A stretch of DNA of 64,000 bases from Pristiophorus japonicus (GCF_044704955.1 NC_091999.1:20212001-20276000), one strand, 5' to 3'; shown: positions 39,180 to 52,737, counted from the first letter of the stretch. Numbers and translations are program-made. The notes: generated by a model from the sequence alone, not told the origin.

Positions 39180-40660
39180 TGAGAATAAGAGTCTAAATTG
39201 GGCAGTGGGGCAAAAAGATCTGGGGGTACAGATACACAGATCATTAAAAGTAGACGCACAGGTTAATAATTCCATGAAAATGCACTAGTGTTCATTTCTG
39301 GAGAGATATATTGACAAGCAGATAAGTTATTTTAAACCTGTATCAAACCGTGGTTAGACCACACGTGGATCACTGTGCACAGTTCTGATCGACATATTAT
39401 AACGGTTATTTAGGCACAGGCGAAATTGCAAAAATGATTCATGCGATGAGAAGGATGATACCAGAACTGGGAGGATCTATTCATAAGGAAAGGCTGAACA
39501 GGCTCTGGCTTATTTCTGCAGTAAATAGAAGGCTGAGAAGTGACCTGGTAGAGGTCTTTAAGATTATGAAAGCTTTGATAGGATAGATGTAGGGAGGTTG
39601 TTTCCACTTGTGGGGAAGGACTAAAACTCGGGGGCATAAATATAATATATTCACTTATGAATCCAATGGGGAATTCAGGAAAAATGTCTTTACCCACAGA
39701 CTAGCGAGTGTGTCGAACTCGCTACACAGGGAGTGGTTGAGATGAATAGTATAGATGCATTGAAGGCGAAACTAGATTATAACCAATAAAGGAATAGAAG
39801 GATATGCCATTAGGGTTCGATGAAGAGGGGTAGGATGAGATTCGTTTGGAGCATGATTCCCGCATAGACAAGTTGGACTAAACTGCACAGAAGACACATT
39901 TCCTTCTGTGCTGTAGACCCTGTGTAACTCTACGTGATTATGTCATGGTACATCAGTCATTGAAGGTTGGCATGCAGGTACAGCAGGCGGTTAAGAAAGC
40001 AAATGGCATGTTGGACTTCATAGCGAGGGGATTTGAGTACAGGGGCAGTGCGGTGTTACTACATTTGTACAATGCCTTGGTGAGGCCACACCTCGAGTAT
40101 TGTGTACAGTTTTGGCCTCCTAATTTGAGGAAGGACATTCTTGCTATTGAGGGAGTGCAGCGAAGGTTCACCAGATTGATTCCCTGATGGCGGGACTGAC
40201 ATATCAAGAAAGACTGGATCAACTGGGCTTGTATTCACTGGAGTTCAGAAGAATGAGAGGGGATCTCATGGAAACATTTAAAATGTTGATGGGTTTAGAC
40301 AGGTTAGATGCAGGAAAAATGTTCCCAATGTTGGGGAAGTCCAGAACCAGGGGTCATAGTCTAAGGATAAAGGGTAAGCCATTTAGGACCGAGATGAGGA
40401 GAAACGTATTCACCCAGAGAGTGGTGAACCTGTGGAATTCTCGACCACAGAAAGTTGGTGAGGGCAATTCACTAAATATATTCAAAAAGGAGTTAGATTT
40501 GTCCTTACTACTAGGGGGATCATGGGGTATGGCTACAAAGCAGGAATGGGGCACTAAAGTTGCATATTCAGCCATGAACTCACTGAATGGCGGTACAGAC
40601 TCGAAGGGCCGATTGGCCTACTCCTGCACCTATTTTATTTGTTTATATGTTTCTATGTAT
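39180..40660 (+). mobile_element. Two CR1 3' fragments
   Basis: RPHVDHCAQF at ~39355; ORFs 39945-40187 and 40187-40732 (RPHLEYCVQFW, RRMRGDL, QRVVNLWNS). Confidence 0.88.
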
Positions 40661-40904
40661 GTAGTGTTCACGGCTCCGTTCCATCATGGGAACTGCATGA
40701 CATTTTCCAATAGATGTCTGCATTACACTTGAAAACATATTCTATTTCAGGAAACATCAACGTGAAAGCGAATTGTTTGTTCAGATGACTGTAACTAATA
40801 TGCAAGGTGAAACAATCTAATTGTATCTCTGGGGTTTAACACAAATCATAAATAAGGGACCATTTACGTTGGAAAGATCTCGAGCAGATCGGCTCTTACA
40901 AAAA

Positions 40905-40974
40905 ATGCATTCACCAGCAAATGGTCAGATATTTGCGATTTACTATCCTGTCCTTGCAGCTATCGGGGTTCCAG
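40905..40974 (+). CDS. GPR139/GPR142-like GPCR gene 1, exon 1
   Basis: ATG..MHSPANGQIFAIYYPVLAAIGVP + G|GTGAGA (70 nt, phase 1) supplies the missing TM1 start. Homologous to the 70-nt exon at 58918. CATAAA at 40847. Confidence 0.85.
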
Positions 40975-41238
40975 GTGAGATATGAAGGTAATTCTAGAGC
41001 TCAGCATTTAACTGTCTGGACTGGGATTTTCTGAATGTGTTCTCAATGTTTTTCTGTAACCCAACCTTCTATTTTTATTAGGAAGGGTATTTTATTGAAA
41101 TTCTTAAATGATCCGCATCTGCAAGTAATTTTTCAACCAGCCAGACCCGCACCACCTGGAGGCTATACATTTATGTTCATACAGTGAGTTAGCATTTTCA
41201 AAAATGGACTGGTGTGAACACCCGCACAGAGTGAAATA

Positions 41239-41550
41239 GACCTACCTGAACACCGAGCTGACAATCGGAATGTAACTGTGTCTGAATACTGATACACAGG
41301 AACAGACCTGCCCGAACACCGAGCTGACAATCAGACTGTAACCTTCTCTAAATACTGACAAACAGTGAGACAACCCGAACACCGCGATGACAATCAGACT
41401 GTAACCGTGTCTGAATACTGACACAGTGACAGACCTACCCGAACACAGAGCTGACAATCAGACTGTAACTGTGTCTGAATACTGACACAGTGGCAGACCT
41501 ACCCGAACACGGAGCTGACAATCAGGCTGTAACCATGTCTGAATACTGAT
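41239..41550. repeat. ~64-bp minisatellite (~5 units)
   Basis: Unit gacctacccgaacacagagctgacaatcagactgtaactgtgtctgaatactgacacagtggca. Confidence 0.88.
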
Positions 41551-44192
41551 AAAAGATAGAAAGAAGAAAAGTAAAAGTGGAGGGCAAAAGGGGCCACATT
41601 ACAGCAACATTCTAAACGGGCAAAGGGTGTTAAAAAGTCAAGCCTGAAGGCTCTGTGCCTCAATGCGACTAGTATTCGGAATAAGGTGGACGAATTAACT
41701 GCGCAGATAGCAGTTAACGGATCTGATGTAATTGGCATCACAGAGACATGTCTCCAGGGTGACCAAGTATGGGAACTCAACATCCAGGGATATTCAACAT
41801 TTAGGAGCAATAGACAGAAAGGAAAAGGAGGTGGGATGCCGTTGCTGGTTAAAGAGGAAATTAATGCAATAATAAGGAAGGACATTGGCTTGGATGATGC
41901 GGAATCTGTATGGATGGAGCTACGGAATAGCAAAGGGCAGAAAACGCTAGTGGGAGTTGTGTACAGACCAACGAACACGAGTAATGAGGATGGGAACAGC
42001 ATCAAACAAGAAATTAGGGATGCATGCAATAAAGGTACAGCAGTTATCATGAGCGACTTTAATCTACATATTGATTGGGCTAACCAAACTGGTAGCAATA
42101 CGGTGGAGGAGGATTTCCTGCAGTGTATTAGGAATGGTTGTCCAGAGCAATATGTCGAGGAACCAACTAGAGGGCTGGCTTTCCTAGTTTGGGTGATGTG
42201 TAATGAGAAAGGACTGATTAACAAACTTGTTGTGCTACGCCCCTTGGGGAAGAGTGACCATAATATGATGGAATTCTTTATGAAGATGGAGAGTGACACA
42301 GTTAATTCAGAGACTAGGGTCCTGAACTTGGGGAAAGGTAACTTTGATAGTATGAGACATGAATTTGCTAGAATAGACTGGCGAGTGATACATAAAAGGT
42401 TGACGGATAGGCAGTGGCAAACATTTAAAGATCACATGGATGAACTTCAACAATTGTACATCCCTGTCTGGAGTAAAAATAAAATGGGGAAGGTGGCTCA
42501 ACCTTAGCTAACAAGGGAAATTCAGAATAGTGTTAAGTCCAAGGAAGAGGCATATAAATTGGCCAGAAAAAGCAGCAAACCTGAGGACTGGGAGAATTTT
42601 CTAACACGGCAGAGGAGGACAAAGGGTTTACTTAGGAGGGGGAAAATAGAGTATGAGTGGAACCTTGCTGGGAACATAAAAACTGACTGCAAAAGCTTGT
42701 ATAAATATGTGAAGAGGAAAAGATTAGTGAAAACAAACGTCGGTCCCTTTTATTCAGATTCACGTGAATTTACAATGGGGAACAAAGAAATGGCAGACCA
42801 GTTAAACAAATACATTGGTTCTGTTCTCCCGAAGGAAGACACAAGTAACCTTCCAGAAATATAAGGGGACCGAGGGCCTGGTGAGAAGGAGGAACTGAAG
42901 GATATCCTTATAAAGTGGGAAATTGTGTTTGGGAAATTGATGGGATTGAAGGCCGATAAATCCCCGGGGCCTGATAGTCTGCATCCCAGAATACTTAAGG
43001 AAGTGGCCATAGAAATAATGGATGCATTGGCGATCATTTTCCAACATTCTATCGAAGCTGGATCAGTTCCTATGGACTGGAGGGCAGCAAATGTAACACC
43101 ACTTTTTAAAAAATGAGGGAGAGAGAAAACGGGTAATTATAGACCAGTCAGCCTGAGATCAGTAGTGTGCAAAATGTTGGAATCAATAATTAAAGATGAA
43201 ATAGCAGCGCATTTGAAAAGCAGTGACAGGATCGGTCCAAGTCAGCATGCATTTATGAAAGGGAAATCATGCTTGACAAATCTTCTGGAATTTTTGATGA
43301 TGTAACTAGTAAAGTCGACAAGGGAGAACCAGTGGATGTAGTGTATTTGGACTTTCAAAAGGCTTTTGACCAGGTCCCACCCAAGAAATTGGTGTGCAGC
43401 ATCAAAGCATATGGTATTGGGGGTCAGGTACTGACGTGGGTAGAGAACTGGTTGGCAGACAGGAATCAGAGAGTCGGGATAAACGGGTCCTTTTCAGAGT
43501 TGCAGGCAGTGATTTGTGGGATGCCGCAGGGCTCAGTACTCGGACCCCAGCTCTTTAGAATATACATTTGTGATTTAGATGAAGTAATTGAGAGTAATAT
43601 CTCCAAGTTTTCAGATGACACTAAACTGCGTAACGGTGTGAGCTGTGAGGAGGACGCTAAAAGGCTTCAGGGTGATTGGACAGGTTAGGTGAATGAGCAA
43701 ATGCATGGCAGATGCAGTATAATGTGGATGAATGTGAGGTTATCCAATCTGTGGTCAAAAACACGAAGGCAGAATATTATCTGAATGGTGGAAGATTAGG
43801 AAAGGGGGAGGTGCACTGAGACCTTGGTGTCATGGTTCATCAGTCGTTGAAAGTTGGCATGCAGGTGCAGCAGGCAGTGAAGAAAGTAAATGGTACGTTG
43901 GCCTTCATAGCGAGGGGATTTGTATTGGAGCAGGGAGGTCTTACTACAGTTGTACGGGGCCTTGGTGAGGCCTCACCTGGAATATTGTGTTCAGTTTTCG
44001 TCTCCTAACCTGAGGAAGGACGTTCTTGCTATTGAGGGAGTACAGCAAAGGTTCACCAGACTGATTCCCGGCATGGAGGGACTGACATATGAGGAGAGAC
44101 TGGATCAACTGGGCCTTTATACATTGCAGTTTAGAAGGATGAGAAGGGATCTCATCTAAACTTACAAGATTCTGACGGGACTGGACAGGTTA
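41550..44192 (+). mobile_element. CR1 LINE ORF2 (AP endonuclease + RT), disrupted, 3' end missing
   Basis: CLNATSIRNK, DVIGITET, VGVVYRP, MSDFN, LGKSDHN endonuclease motifs; VYLDFQKAFD, PQGSVLGP, SKFSDDTKL RT motifs; several stops and frameshifts. Confidence 0.95.
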
Positions 44193-45084
44193 GCTCCAGC
44201 ATATCTTTCGTCACTGAAAGAGCTTCAAAAAGATTACACGAGGTCCACAATAAAACGATTCTGTGCTTTACAATTATATTTAAATTCATCTGTTTATATC
44301 CATTGCTTTGAATTCGGCGTCAGTTTAATGCTCATCTGTCATTGCTCTGGGGATCTCGTTCACAATCGGGCTGACTTTCTTCCATCTACTGCTGCTGTCT
44401 CGGTGTAATCAATTCAAACTGGTTGTAAATGGAGATTCTTTTATAGCACTTTGAGTGTAAATGTTGCATTGTTATAAATTAGCAATGTTGCTGGGCCTTA
44501 TTTCCAGTTATCTAATTTGGTACAGAACGATTCATAATGGCTTTAGTTTCTGAGGTGCGAGTCTACGGATAACTTGGCTATCCCTTGTGTTAAAGTTGAT
44601 TTAATTCAATTACTGAGGCAACTCGAAAGATGCATTCAGATATGTATATCTGTGTACTGGCCTGATACTTTTTTGGTACAAATGACGCGCACGTTTCCTG
44701 GACAGTAACTATTGAGTGTTAGTGATCTTATTGCACAACATGACCTGAAAAATTGATTTATTTCTAGACGTGACAGTGTTCGTTAAAGTAAGTTTGCATT
44801 AGAGCTTTCATTGCTTACTTTCAAACGTTTAATAATTAAGAAGCTACTCGCTAAATGTAATAAATACTTCAAGGAATTACTCACAAGATTAGGTAATGGT
44901 AACTTCATGTTGATAACTATCTTCAGCAAACTATCACTTAACTGATTGGTTTGATAATGAAATATCAGTGACTGAGTGTAAGTAGTGCATTTACTGATAA
45001 TGTGTTAGCTCAGCGTTATTGACAACCGTTAACTAAGAATGAAAAATTCGCAGTTTCTATTAATTACGCTGTAGAACCATCAGA

Positions 45085-45497
45085 AGATTATGGGTTGAAG
45101 TCCACGCCAGAAGGTTCACCACAAAATCAAGTCTGACACTCCAGTTCAGTGCTGGGAGAGCGTGGCACTGTCAGAGGTGCTGTGTTTCAGATGAGACGTA
45201 AAACTGAGCCACCATCTGCTCTCTCAGGTAGATGTTAAAGTTTCCATGGCAAGAAGAGCAGAAGAGTTATCGCCGGATTCCTGGGCAATATTTAACCCTC
45301 AATCAACAAATCTAAAAAAGAAAATCTGTTCATCATCACATTGCTGTTTGTGGAAGCTTGTAATATGGTAATTGGCTGTCCCGTTTCTTACATTACGAAA
45401 GTGAATACACTTCAAAAGTACTTAATTGGCTTAAAACGTTTTGAGACATCGTGAGGTCGTGAAAGGTGCAATATAATTGCAAGTCTTTCTTTCTTTT
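45085..45497 (+). mobile_element. Deu-type SINE
   Basis: Same core and tail as 35557-36020. Confidence 0.8.
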
Positions 45498-45669
45498 TGT
45501 CGCCATCGTTCAGTGAAATCTTGTCCTGCTCTTGGAATGAGCTACTCTGGGATTCTCTTTTTTAAATGCTGTTCAACTCCACTTGTTACTTCTATTCTTT
45601 GCTAATGTTCCAGACCGTTGCCCTCTCCAGTCAACCCTCCATTGCTATCCATGGCACCGGTCCAAAGAC

Positions 45670-46100
45670 CGGGATGAGGGACTTCAATTACTTGCAGAGA
45701 CGAGAGAAACTCGGCTAGTGGCCCTTGGAGCAGAGAAGGTTAAGGGTAGATTTAATCGATGTGTTCAAAACCATGTAGGGCTTTGACAAACTAAATCATG
45801 AGAAACGGTTTACAGTGGCAGAAAGGTCGGGACCCAGAGGTCACAGATTTAAGGTGATTGGCAAATAAAACAGAGGTGAGATGAGGAATCATTTTTTATG
45901 TAGCGTGTTGTTGTGATCTGGAATGCAATGCTGAAAGGGTGGTGGAGGCACATTCAATAGTAACATTCTAAAGGGAATTCGATAAGTACTCTAAGGTGGA
46001 AATAGCACGGTTCCGAGAGGAGAACAGGGGATAGCTCTGTCAAAGAGCCTGCACAGGCACGATGGGCCGAATGGTTAACTTCTGTGCTGTATCATTCTCT
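45670..46100 (+). mobile_element. CR1 3' fragment
   Basis: Similar to the CR1 end at 8210-8650 (gagcagagaaggttaag..gcgtgttgttgtgatctggaatgc..tgtgctgtatcattct). Confidence 0.75.
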
Positions 46101-46354
46101 GCTTGGCCCGCGGCCTCCTACTTCATTTTGGAGCAACCCCTTGGTCATTTTACTGGAGCCGGTCAACCAGTGGCTCATTTGCTCCTCCACGATGTTTCCG
46201 TGTAACTCCTAATCCCATCTTCAAACCGGGAGCCAAAATCCAAATTTAACCCGACCGTTCATCATCCCTGGTGGCACGGTCCACATTCACCACCTCTGAA
46301 ATGATTCACAACATTTAACGTGTCTTTTACAATCTGCTTCTTGTTGCATGTCCG

Positions 46355-48152
46355 ATTCTGAATGGATGGCTCACATTAAACACTCCGTCACCACCTATCC
46401 CGCAGGCTTTAAGCTCATTCCCGACTGTCTCTTAGTGGCTCCCATTAAACGCTCCCTCAACACGTTTCACGCAGGTTCTAGACAGACCCCGGCTCTCACT
46501 GAGTGGCTCCCATTAAACGCTCCCTCACCAACTATGCCGCAGGTTATAAGCTCACCCCCGGCTGTCACTGAATGACTCACATTAAACGATCCGTCACCAC
46601 CTATCCAATGAGTTTTAGACTCACCCCCAGCTCTCACTGAGTGGCTCACAGTAAACGCTCCCTCACTACCTATCCCACAAGTTATGGACTAACACCCGGC
46701 GCTCACTGACTGACTCACACTAAACGCTCCCTCACTACCTATCCCACAAGTTATGGACTCAGCCCCGGCTCTCATTGAGTGGCTCACACTATACTCTCCC
46801 TCACCTTCTATCCCACAGGTTATGGACTCACCCCCAGCTCTCATTAAGTGGCTCTCATTAAACGCTCCCTCACCACCTATCCCGCAGTTTATAGGCTCAC
46901 CCCCGGCTCTCAAGGAGTAACTTACACTATACACTCCCTCACCACCTATCCCGCAGTTTATTGGCTCATCCCCGGCTCTCAAGGAGTGCTTAATCTATAC
47001 GCTCCCTGACCACCTATGCCACAAGTTATAGACTCAACCCCGGTTCTCACTGAGTGGTTCGCATTAAACACTCCCTCACCACCTATCCCGTAGGTTATAG
47101 ACTCATCCCCGGCTGTCACTGAGTAGCTCCCATTAAACGCTCCCTCACCACCGAACCCACAGGTTATGGACACACCCCCGGCTGTCACTGAGTGGCTCAT
47201 GTTAAACGCTCCCTGAACACGTATCACGCATATTATAGACTGACCACGGCTCTCACTGAGTGGCTCCCATTAAACTTCCCTCACCAGCTATTCATCAGGT
47301 TATAAACTCACCCCCGGCGGTCACTGAATGGCTCCCATTAAACGTGCCCTCACCACCTATCCAATGGGTTATAGACTCACCCCCAGCTCTCACTGACTGG
47401 CTGAGACTAAACGCTCCCTCACCAACTATCCCGCAGTTTATAGACTCACCTCAGCTCTCATGGAGTGGCTCACACTATATGCTCCCTCACCACCTATCCC
47501 ACACTTTATAGGCTCACCCCCGGCTCTCACTGAGTGGTTCCCATTAAACGCTCCCTCACCACCTGTCCAATGGGTTATAGACTCACCACCAGCTCTCACT
47601 GAGTGGCTCACACTAAATGCTCCCTCACCACTTGTCCCGCATTTTATAGACTCACCCCCGGCACTCATTGAGTGACTCCCATTAAACGCTCCCTCACCAC
47701 CTATCCCGCAGTTTATAGACTCACCTCGGCTCTCATGGAGTGTATTACACTATACGCTCCCTCACCAGCTATCCCACAGTTTATTGGCTCACCCCCGGCT
47801 CTCACTGAGTGCTTCACATTAAATGCACCCTCATCACCAATCCCTCAGGTTATGAACTCGCACCCGGCGCTCACTGACTGGCTCCCATTAAACGCTCCCT
47901 CACCACCTATCCTACAGGTTATGGACTCACCCCCGGCTCTCACCGAGTGGCTCCCATTAAACACTCTCTCACCACTTATCGCGCAATTTATAGACTCACC
48001 CCCAGCTCTCAAGAAGTGGCTCACACTATACGCTCCCTCACCTTCTATCTTACAGGTTATGGACTCACCTCTGGCTCTCACTGAGTGGCTCCCATACAAC
48101 GCTCCCTCACCACTTATCCTGCAGTTTATAGGCTCAACCCAGCTGTCACTGA
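46355..48152. repeat. 69-bp minisatellite (~26 units) in GPCR intron
   Basis: Unit gctctcactgagtggctcccattaaacgctccctcaccacctatcccgcaggttatagactcacccccg; period 69 (46492/46561). Confidence 0.95.
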
Positions 48153-49011
48153 CAGGTTCTCTGCAATGCCGCCTTTACAGTGATACTGCATACCATGACA
48201 CTGTCTAATGTTCAAGGAACAACTGGACCGAGTTCTGGGAGTTGTGCCCTGGCCAACATTTGTCCCTCAACCAATATCACAAAGGTGCAGTTTGCTGGTC
48301 AATGATCTCATTGCCTTTTTTCACCGCCCATTAGCAGAATAGCTACTCCATTAACCAGATAGCAACAGTCGTAATTTGGAGTCATTCCATATGGGAATTT
48401 TACGATTCTCCTGAGGTGTAAATAGCAGTCGATCGCACTCTTTCTACCATCAATTTTCAAGGTGACATTATGTTTAGCTTGTCCTATTTAATGTTGGGAT
48501 AAATTATTCATTAACTATTAGTTTATTTCTGTTCTTTACTATGGTCAGTTTCGCTCTCCTTCTCTTTTTGTGCCGAGTTCAGGCGATTATAGCTTCACGT
48601 CTATCGAGCAAAACGCTTTCCCTGCGATTCCATATTGTTCCGTATTTAGTAAAGCTCTGCTGATCTGGCAAATTGATTGGATTCCATCAACTGATCAGGT
48701 AATGAACTCAGAAACCATGTCCAGTCAAACTAAGTCTTTGAATGGCTATGGAGGCTGGGTCACTGAAGATAATTAAGGCGGAGATAAACAGATTTTTGAG
48801 CGATAAGTGAAAGAAGGTTTCGGGGGGGTGGGCAAGGAAGTGGAGCTGATCCATGATCAAATCAGCCATGATCTTATTAAATGGCGGAGCAGGCCCGGGG
48901 GAGGGGGGTGCGGTTGGAGGCAAATGGCCTACTCCTGCTCCTATTTCATATGTGCTTATGTTCTTATGATGGTAGTCTGATGTGTAATTTCCATTTTGCT
49001 CCTTTTTGCAG

Positions 49012-49904
49012 CGAACATCGCGGCGATTGTGATCCTGTCCCGAGGAAGGTGCGGTCTCTCCAGGTGTATCACTCGGTACCTGGTGTTCATGGCGGTGACC
49101 GATCTCCTGGTGATTATCACCGCTGTGATATTGAATAGAATTGGTGGTATCTATTTCCGGAATAGCATTCTGTCCACCACACCAGCGTGCAGCATCAGCA
49201 CTGTGCTCATTTATTCATCAAGAGACAGTTCTGTCTGGTTAACGGTCGCGTTCACCTTTGATCGATTTGTGGCCATTTGTTGCCAGAAGCTGAAAACAAA
49301 ATACTGCACCGAGACAACGGCGGCTGTGGTGATAGGAGCGGTCTGTGCCCTGAGTTGTTTAAAAAACATCCCTTTCTACTTCACGTATGAGCCATTGTTT
49401 ACTATTAATAAGGTGGCCTGGTACTGCAACATAAAACTTACTTTTTATGTTTCACCCGCTTGGACAGCGTTTGACTGGCTGGACCGTATTCTAACCCCGT
49501 GTGCACCGTTCCTCCTGATGTTACTGCTCAATGCTGTGACCGTCAGATACATTCTAGGGGCTAGTAGGGCCCGCAGGAGACTCCGGGCCCAAAACAATGG
49601 AGAGAGTCAGAGTGATCCAGAGATGGAGAGCCGGCGAAAGTCCATAATTTTACTCTTCACCATCTCGGGAAGTTTCATCCTGTTGTGGTTGACGTATGTT
49701 ATCAATTTTCTCTATGTCCGAATTGAAAACAATAATTATTTCAATGACCCCAAATTTGTTATGCAGGAAAGTGGAAACATGCTTCAGCTCCTAAGCTGCT
49801 GCACTAACACGTTTATTTATACAGTGACTCAGAGTAACTTCAGACAGCAGTTAAAGAACGCGCTGAAATATCCATTGAATCTAGTTGTTAAATTACTTCT
49901 ATAA
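49012..49904 (+). CDS. GPR139/GPR142-like class A GPCR gene 1, exon 2 (spliced protein 320 aa)
   Basis: Acceptor cctttttgcAG|CG. ANIAAIVILSRGRCGLS, MAVTDLLV (TM2), FTFDRF (DRY-like), KYCT, LTPCAPF, RRKSIILLF, CCTNTFIY (NPxxY-like). Open to TAA at 49902-49904; 70+893 nt = 321 codons including stop. Confidence 0.9.
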
Positions 49905-50152
49905 CGAAACTAGCTATTCCAGCACTCAACCTCCATTAAGCTCTGCACTGTAGTCTTTCGTTCCAATTCTCCAAACCCGCTGGTCATTCCTATTCTCCAC
50001 AGTGGAAACATACACTTTATCACCAAATTTAATGTTGTAAACTGATTTATTTTATTTCCAAGTGACCCGTCATGTCCTATGGATGCTGACACTTACCTTA
50101 GTGCAGTAAGTCAGTTGTATCTTTAGGAATAGCTTGGTTTTTGAGGTGGATG

Positions 50153-50520
50153 CACTCAGCCGTGGTAGCCCTCTTGCACCTCAGTTAGAAGAATGTGGGT
50201 TCAAGTCCCATTACAGGTTGACCCGCCCGTGCAGTACTGATGGAATGCTTCTTTGTCAGATGGTGCTGTCTTTCAAGTGAGACTTTAAACCGAGGTTCCG
50301 TCTTCCCTCTCAGGTGGATGCCAAGGATCTGAGTGTATTATATTCAAGAAGTGAGTAAATGTTCTGCCGATGCCCTGACCAATGCTTATCGCTCAACAAA
50401 TATCACCAAAACTGATTATCTGCGCCTGTATTTATTTCTCGGTAGGTGGAACTTTGCTGAGTGCAAATCCGCTGCCACGTTTCCCTGCATTACAACAATG
50501 ACTACACTTCAATATAAAGC
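50153..50520 (+). mobile_element. Deu-type SINE whose tail runs into a minisatellite
   Basis: tRNA-like head (gggttcaagtccca), Deu core (taaaccgagg), ..cattacaacaatgactacacttcaa. Confidence 0.75.
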
Positions 50521-51748
50521 ACCTTGGAACCTCCCTGGGTGTGAGGCTCCATGGAACCTTCTTGGGAGTACATCGCCTTGGATCCTCCCTGGGAGTAAAA
50601 CACTTTGGAACCTTCCTGGGTGTAAAAAACTTTGGATCCTCCCTGGGTCTGAAATACTTTGGAACCTCCCTGGGAGAAAAACAATTTGGAACCTCCCTGG
50701 GTGTAAAACAATTTGGAACCTCCCTGGGTGTAAAACACTTTGGAACCTCACTGGGTGTAAAGCTCCAGGGAACCTCCCTGGGTGTAAATCGCCTTCGAAC
50801 CTCCTTGGGTGTAAAACATTTTGAAACCTCCCTGTGGGTGTCAAACACTTTGGAACCACCCCCCATCCCGGGTGTAATGCTCTTTGGAACCTCCCTGGGT
50901 GTAAAACACTTTGGAACCTCCCTAGGTGTAAAACACTTTGGAACCTCCCTGGGAGTAAAACACTTTGGAACCTCCCTGCGTGTAAAACACTTTGGAACCT
51001 CCCTGGGTGTAAAACACTTTGGAACCTCCCTGGGTGTAATGCTCTTTGGAACCTCCCTGGGTGTAATGCCCTTTGGAACCTCCCTGGGTGTAATGCGCTT
51101 TGGAACCTCCCTGGGTGCAATGTTCTTTGGAACCTCCCTGGTTGTAAAACACTTTGGACCCTCTCTGCATGAAAACACTTTGGAACCACCCTGGGTGTAA
51201 AACACTTTGGAACTTGCCTGGCTGTGAAACACTTTGGAACCTCCGGGTGTAAAACACTTTGGAACCTTGCTGGGTGTAAATATCTTTGGAAACTCCCTGG
51301 GTATAAATCTCTTTGGAAGCTCCCTGCGTGTAAAACACTTTCGATCCTCCCTGGGGATACATCCCTCCCTGGGGATACATCTCTTTGGAAACTCCCTGGG
51401 TGTGAAGCACTTTGGAACCTCACTGGGTATGAAACACTTTGGAACCTCCCTGTGTGTAAATATCTTTGGAAACTCCCTGGGTGTAAATATCTTTGGAACA
51501 TCTCTGGGTGTAAAGCACTTTGGAACCTCCCTCGCTGTAAAGCTCCATTGAACCTCCCTGGGTGTAAAGCCCTTTGGAACCTTTCTAGGTGTAAAGCACT
51601 TTGGAACGTCTCTGGGTGTAAAGCCCTTTGGAACCTCCCTGGGTGTAAAGCGCTTTGGAACCTCCCTGGTTGTAAAGATCTTTGGTACCTTCCTGCATGT
51701 CACACTCTTTTGGTCAACCCTGGCTGCAACGCCCTTTGGAGCCTCCCG
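50513..51748. repeat. 27-bp minisatellite (~45 units), consensus TGTAAAACACTTTGGAACCTCCCTGGG
   Basis: Unit read directly; explains the long repetitive ORFs (WNLPGCKTL, PREVPKCFT). Confidence 0.95.
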
Positions 51749-52737
51749 ATAGGTTGGACAGACAAGTTCATTACTGCTCCCAGATGAGAACAGCTTCGTT
51801 GTTCTATCCTCCTAGTGCCCACCGCTCAGCCGCAGTCCTTTGTCCGTACAGCTGAGATTGGACATTGCATCAGGAAAGGGAAAAGGATTGAAACTGCAGC
51901 GAGTGAGTTGTGTCCCGAAAATGGAATACTGTTACTTTGATTCTAGCAGAGATAAGCTATAATTTTATTATCCCTCTTTCGTTCTCCTTTTTACCAAATT
52001 TGCTGTCTCCACTTTAAACACAAGTAGCTGTATCCATTAATTAGAGAGCTACAGGCCCGAATCTTAAACATAACACTGCCAGCTCACTTGGATGTACAAA
52101 ATGGCCCTCGTTGTTTTCACTTGGAATAGCCTAAACGGGCAAGAAATAATTGCTCCATTACTGATACAGTAAATATAAGAAAATATATTCTCCATCGTTA
52201 GTTCTAGCGAAATTGAAAGAATGTTTGTACAATATTTCGCTAGAAATCTCCGAAAAATAAAACTGTAAAGTGTCTACACACAAAAGTGGGACTACACCTC
52301 GGTCGCAGCTTTTTCGTAATGTTGTTCTGTTGCATTAATCGTTGATTAATATAAACAACACGCACTTTTACATCGCAATCTCTGCATGTTGTAATTTGAA
52401 GAACAACTCTTCAGTCTTACATGTGATGAACCTCCCCTATCCATTCCAGCTGCCTCTGTTCCAATGAAATGATAAGAATATATACACTGAGACTGTGAAA
52501 TAGGAACGTGAAGGGTAAGTGTTAGAGAAAACATGGTGATGTACTGGGCCAACTGATTACCAGGCACTGACTGGCACTTCTTCAATGTATAAATATACAC
52601 TGTGAACTTTATGGCTTTAAAGGAATGTTTGCAATTCACCAAATCAACACGTTTCTCTTCCGTGTGCTATTCGCTGATACCAAAAAATAAATGCTTCGTG
52701 TCATTCTGGCTAATATATCATTCCTCTTGCGCGGTGC

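Noticed and set aside
41550-44192. Active autonomous retrotransposon
   Set aside because: ORF2 has several stops and frameshifts, and both ORF1 and the 3' UTR are absent.
46348-48208. Proline-rich 23-aa repeat ORFs
   Set aside because: Translation of a 69-bp intronic minisatellite with scattered stops.
22438-51748. Tandem arrays as CRISPR-like structures
   Set aside because: Units are contiguous with no unique spacers, there are no cas genes, and the context is vertebrate.
50333-51787. Long ORFs up to 423 aa in several frames
   Set aside because: Open in multiple frames on both strands because the 27-bp unit lacks stops; the unit derives from a SINE tail.
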